A stretch of 63,917 bases of DNA, the filler included, from Craspedostauros australis (lineage: Eukaryota): NCBI GenBank assembly GCA_030167865.1. It is 12 parts of 12 records of this genome, joined end to end, with 100 filler letters (N's around TTAATTAATTAA, not from the genome) between each part and the next. Parts side by side here need not be neighbours in the genome. Positions count along the whole stretch, not along the records: positions 59,715 to 63,917 come from JALAGF010004027.1; 11 more parts are not named here. One strand, given 5' to 3'. The translations under genes and the position numbers were made by a program. The notes under the pieces were generated by a model that made no database searches, was not told the origin of the DNA, and saw nothing but the letters and a program-made list of their open reading frames with translations. Each line of letters opens with the position of its first letter. Position 1 is the stretch's first letter. Shown here piece by piece: positions 59,715-63,917 of this stretch.

Positions 59715-62700
59715 CCGAGCTTTTGGCAGTTCTGGTACTTCCTGCCCTTCTTGCCTCCGTCGCCGACACCAGGGCCACCGCAGGATCTGTTGGGTGTGCC
59801 CAAGTCGTCATCTCCAGCGTACTCGTCGTTGGGATTGCAGAGTGGGTTGTTCCATCCCTTACGCTCCTCGTACGTACCGCTGTGGTATCCTCTTGGTTTC
59901 CATGTGTCGAACACACGGGCAGCTCCTCCGCCGCTGTTGGTGTTCTGCCAGTGTGGGCAGCTTGTAGGGCGGCTGGTCTTCCAGTCCTTGCAGTAGCAGG
60001 TGAGTGATCCAGATCGGCATCCTGATCGTGGTCGGGGGGTGTATCCGGCGTACCTGTTGTTGGCCTTCGCGATCACCTTGACACCCTTGGATCCCCACCA
60101 CTCGTCATAGATGAATCCTGTACTGGGATAGTCGTTGAAGTCGAGCTTCACCTCCGGGCATCCGGTATCACGCTTCTTGCATTGGTTGGTGCAGCTGTCA
60201 TTGTTGTTATAGTTGCCGTCGTCGCACTCTTCGCCAGTTGAAACGATCCCATCACCACATCGTGCGCGCTTGCAGTCGTTCCTGCAGCTGTCGTTGTTGT
60301 TCTTGTTGCCATCGTCGCACTCCTCTCCATTTTGGCGGATGCCATCACCACATCTTGGTTTCTGGCACTTGGTTGTGCACTGTGAACCGGGGGAATTGGA
60401 GTTGTAATATCCGCGATCACACTGTTCATAAGGTCCGACGATGCAGTCGCCACATCGTGCCTTCTTGCATTGGTTGGTGCAGCTGTCGGTGTTGATGTTG
60501 TTGCCATCGTCGCACTCCTCTCCATTTTGGCGGATGCCATCACCACATCTTGGTTTCTGGCACTTGGTTGTGCACTGTGAACCGGCGGAGTTGGAGTTGT
60601 GATAACCGCGATCACACTGTTCATAAGGTCCGACGATGCCGTCGCCACATCGTGCTTTCTTGCATTGGTTGGTGCAGCTGTCGGTGTTGACGTTGTTGCC
60701 ATCGTCGCACTCCTCTCCATTTTGACGGATTCCATCGCCGCATCTTGGTTTCTGGCACTTGGTTGTGCACTGTGAACCGGCGGAGTTGGAGTTGTGATAT
60801 CCGAGATCACACTGTTCATAAGGTCCGACGATGCCGTCGCCACATCGTGCTTTCTTGCATTGGTTGGTGCAGCTGTCGGTGTTGATGTTGTTGCCATCGT
60901 CGCACTCCTCTCCATTTTGGCGGATGCCATCACCACATCTTGGTTTCTGGCACTTGGTTGTGCACTGTGAACCGGGGGAATTGGAGTTGTGAGATCCGAG
61001 ATCACACTGTTCATAAGGTCCGACGATGCCGTCGCCACATCGTGCGCGCTTGCATTGGTTGGTGCAGCTGTCGGTGTTGACGTTGTTGCCATCGTCGCAC
61101 TCCTCTCCATTGTGATGGATGCCATCACCACATCTTGGCTTCTGGCACTTGGTTGTGCACTGTGAACTGACGGAATTGGAGTTGTGAGATCCGAGGTCGC
61201 ACTGTTCATGAGGTCCGACGATGCCGTCGCCACATCGTGCCTTCTTGCATTGGTTGGTGCAGCTGTCGTTGTTGTTCTTGTTGCCATCGTCGCACTCCTC
61301 TCCATTTTGGCGGATTCCATCACCACATCTTGGTTTCTGGCACTTGGTTGTGCACTGTGAACCGGGGGAATTGGAGTTGTGAGATCCGAGATCACACTGT
61401 TCATAAGGTCCGACGATGCCGTCGCCACATCGTGCTTTCTTGCATTGGTTGGTGCAGCTGTCGTTGTTGTTGTTGTTGCCATCGTCGCACTCTTCGTTGG
61501 GTGCTTTGAACCCATCACCACATCGTGCCTTCGTGCATTGGTTGGTGCAGCTGTCGTTGTTGTTGTTGTTGCCGTCGTCGCACTGTTCATGAGGTCCGAC
61601 GATGCCGTCGCCACATCGTGCCTTCTTGCATTGGTTGGTGCAGCTGTCGTTGTTGTTCTTGTTGCCATCGTCGCACTCTTCTCCATTGTGATGGATGCCA
61701 TCACCACATATTGGCGTCGTGCATTGGTTGGTGCAGTCATCACTGTTGTCGGTGTTGCCATCATCGCATTCCTCATCCTTGTGCTTGATACCGTCGCCAC
61801 ACACCGGAAGCTTGCAATCCTTCGTGCACTGGGCGTTGGGGCCGTCGGAGTTCTGTGCTCCTCGATCGCACTGCTCGCCGAGCCTCTTGTTGACAAGGCC
61901 ATCGCCGCAGCGCGGGAGCTTGCAGTTCTTGTTGCATCTGGTGTTTGCACCATTGGAGTTCTGGCCTCCGAGATCGCACTGCTCACCCGCTTTGTTGTTG
62001 AGACGGTTGTCACCACAGCGTGGGACCTTGCAGTCGGTGTAGCAGCTGGTGTTGGGGCCGTTGTTGTTGTTTGGTCCGAGATCGCACTGTTCGTTGTCCT
62101 GCTTGATACCATCGCCGCATCGAGCCAACTTGCATTGGCTGGTGCAGCCATCCGCGTTGTCCTTGTTTCCATCGTCGCACTGCTCGTTGGCTTGCTTGAT
62201 GCCATCACCGCAGCGTGGGAGTCTGCAGTTGTTGGTGCAGCCATCGTTATTGACGTTGTTGCCGTCGTCGCACTGCTCTCCGCTCTGCTTGATGCCGTCG
62301 CCGCAAGTTGGGACCTTGCAGTTGTTGGTGCACTCATCGTCGTTGACCTTGTCTCCATCGTCGCATAGTTCGCCGATGTGCTTGATGCCGTCACCGCACT
62401 TGGGGATAGTACAGTCTGCGGTGCACTGGGCGTTTGCTGCGTTCGAGTTGTGTGGCCCCATGTCGCATTCTTCATTGGCCTGCTTGATTCCGTCGCCACA
62501 TTGTGGCTTCTTGCAGGTGTTGGTGCAGCTGTCATTGTTGACGTTGTTGCCATCGTCACATTCCTCGTTCTTGTGCTTGATGCCGTCGCCACACTTGGGG
62601 ATGGTGCATGTGGTGGTGCACTGGGCGTTAGGTCCATTCGAGTTGCCTGGGCCCGTGTCACATTCCTCATTGGCCTGCTTGATTCCGTCACCGCATCGTG

Positions 62701-63917
62701 ATTTCTTGCATTGGTTGGTACAGCTGTCATTGTTGACGTCGTTGCCATCGTCGCATTCCTCGTCACCTTGAACGATACCATCGCCGCAAGTGGGCAGGGT
62801 GCACATGGTGGTGCACTGCGCGTTGGGACCATCGGAGTTGTTGTGACCCTTGTCGCATTCTTCGCCCAATCGCTTGTTGATGATACCGTCACCACACTTG
62901 GGGATCTTGCAGTTGGCGTTGCATCTGGTGTTGGGTCCGTTGGAGTTGTTTTCGCCGAGATCGCATTCCTCGTTTCTGGATGGGTGAAGGATCTCGTCAC
63001 CGCAGCGCGGGAGCTCGCAGGTGGTGGAGCACTTGCTGTTGGTCGCGTCGGAGTTGTTCGGTCCAAGATCGCACTGCTCACCTTTCTGCTTGATGCCGTC
63101 GCCGCATTTGGGGATGGCACATTCCAAAGTGCACTGGGCGTTGGGTCCGTTGGAGTTCTGGGATCCGAGATCACATTGTTCATTAGGCCCGACGATGCCA
63201 TCGCCACATCGAGCCTTCTTGCATTGGTTGGTGCAGCTGTCGCCGTTGTTCTTGTTTCCGTCGTCGCACTCCTCTCCATTTTGGCGGATACCGTCGCCGC
63301 ACACCGGGAGCTTGCAATCCTTCGTGCACTGGGAGTTGGGGTCGTCGGAGTTCTGCGATCCGAGATCGCATTCTTCGTTGGGTGCTTTGAACCCATCACC
63401 ACATCGCGCCTTCTTGCAGTTGTTGGTGCAGCCGTCACTGTTGTCGTTGTTTCCGTCGTCGCATTCCTCACCCTCGTGCTTGATGCCGTCGCCGCACCGT
63501 GGGAACTTACATTTGTCGGTGCATTCATCGTAGTTGTTCTTGTTGCCGTCATCGCATTCTTCGTCGCCTTGCAGGATGCCGTCTCCGCACACCGGAAACT
63601 TGCAATCCTTCGTGCACTGGGCGTTGGGGCCGTCGGAGTTCTGCGATCCGCGATCGCATTCCTCGTAGTCCTGCTTGATGCCGTCGCCGCACACCTCCAA
63701 TTTGCAGGTTTCGCTGCATCCATCGTTGTTGACCTTGTTTCCATCGTCGCATTCTTCGTCTCCCTGCAGGATGCCGTCACCGCAAACAAGGATCTTGCAT
63801 TGAGATGTGCAACCATCCTCGTCGTCGGAATTGCCATCGTCACATTCTTCGTCTTCTTGCTTGATGCCATCGCCGCAGATTGGCAATTTGCATTTGTTGG
63901 TGCAATCATCGTTGTTG
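59715..63917 (-). CDS. Giant Myxococcus-type cysteine-rich repeat (DUF4215/TIGR02232-like) protein with a C-terminal globular domain; partial at both ends
   Basis: 38 counted CGD-initiated repeats (CGDGI....EECDDGN....D.CT..C), followed by CPEVKLDF..GGAARVFDT..GDDDLGTPN.SCGGPGVGDGG..NC. Confidence 0.9.
60270..61440. repeat. 195-bp higher-order tandem repeat (about 6 units) inside the Cys-repeat gene
   Basis: CATCTTGG(T/C)TTCTGGCACTTGGTTGTGCACTGTGAAC recurs every 195 bp from about 60351 to 61326, encoding a 31 + 34 aa dimer. Confidence 0.9.

Noticed and set aside
38179..63909. Long alternative-frame ORFs (38179-39513, 43230-44549, 60148-63909, 37152-38378 and others) as overlapping genes
   Set aside because: They are shadow frames of repetitive, codon-biased CDSs, with T/A/M/R-rich translations and no independent motifs.

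Overview
This is not one locus. It is a pseudo-scaffold of 12 short eukaryotic contigs joined by 11 identical 100-bp artificial linkers (44 N + TTAATTAATTAA + 44 N), so adjacency across a linker means nothing. GT-AG introns, gene content and RXL/KxxK motifs point to a diatom, probably pennate (inference). Recognisable genes: a GAF sensor with a degenerate His-kinase-like tail (missing from the ORF track), phytochelatin synthase, a TLDc protein, a 2041-aa disordered protein, a frameshifted ankyrin-BTB gene, AIM24, a cyclin-H-like cyclin, a frameshifted DnaJ/X-domain gene, PLAC8, a COG3899-type STAND ATPase, an RluB-like pseudouridine synthase, an FAAL-like fragment and an FCP1/SCP phosphatase. 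There are also copies of an Fpg/Nei-SAP pseudogene and part of a two-gene Harbinger/ISL2EU-like transposon. The strongest signal is a family of secreted Cys-ladder proteins on four contigs. Two near-identical copies carry a silaffin-like RXL + (KSS/KSA)n leader and a strict 18-aa Cys repeat. Between these copies, amino-acid changes cluster at a few repeat positions and whole repeats are gained or lost. Two other members share an unrecognised ~100-aa cap domain after mucin-like PTS stalks. All family assignments are by eye; no searches were run.
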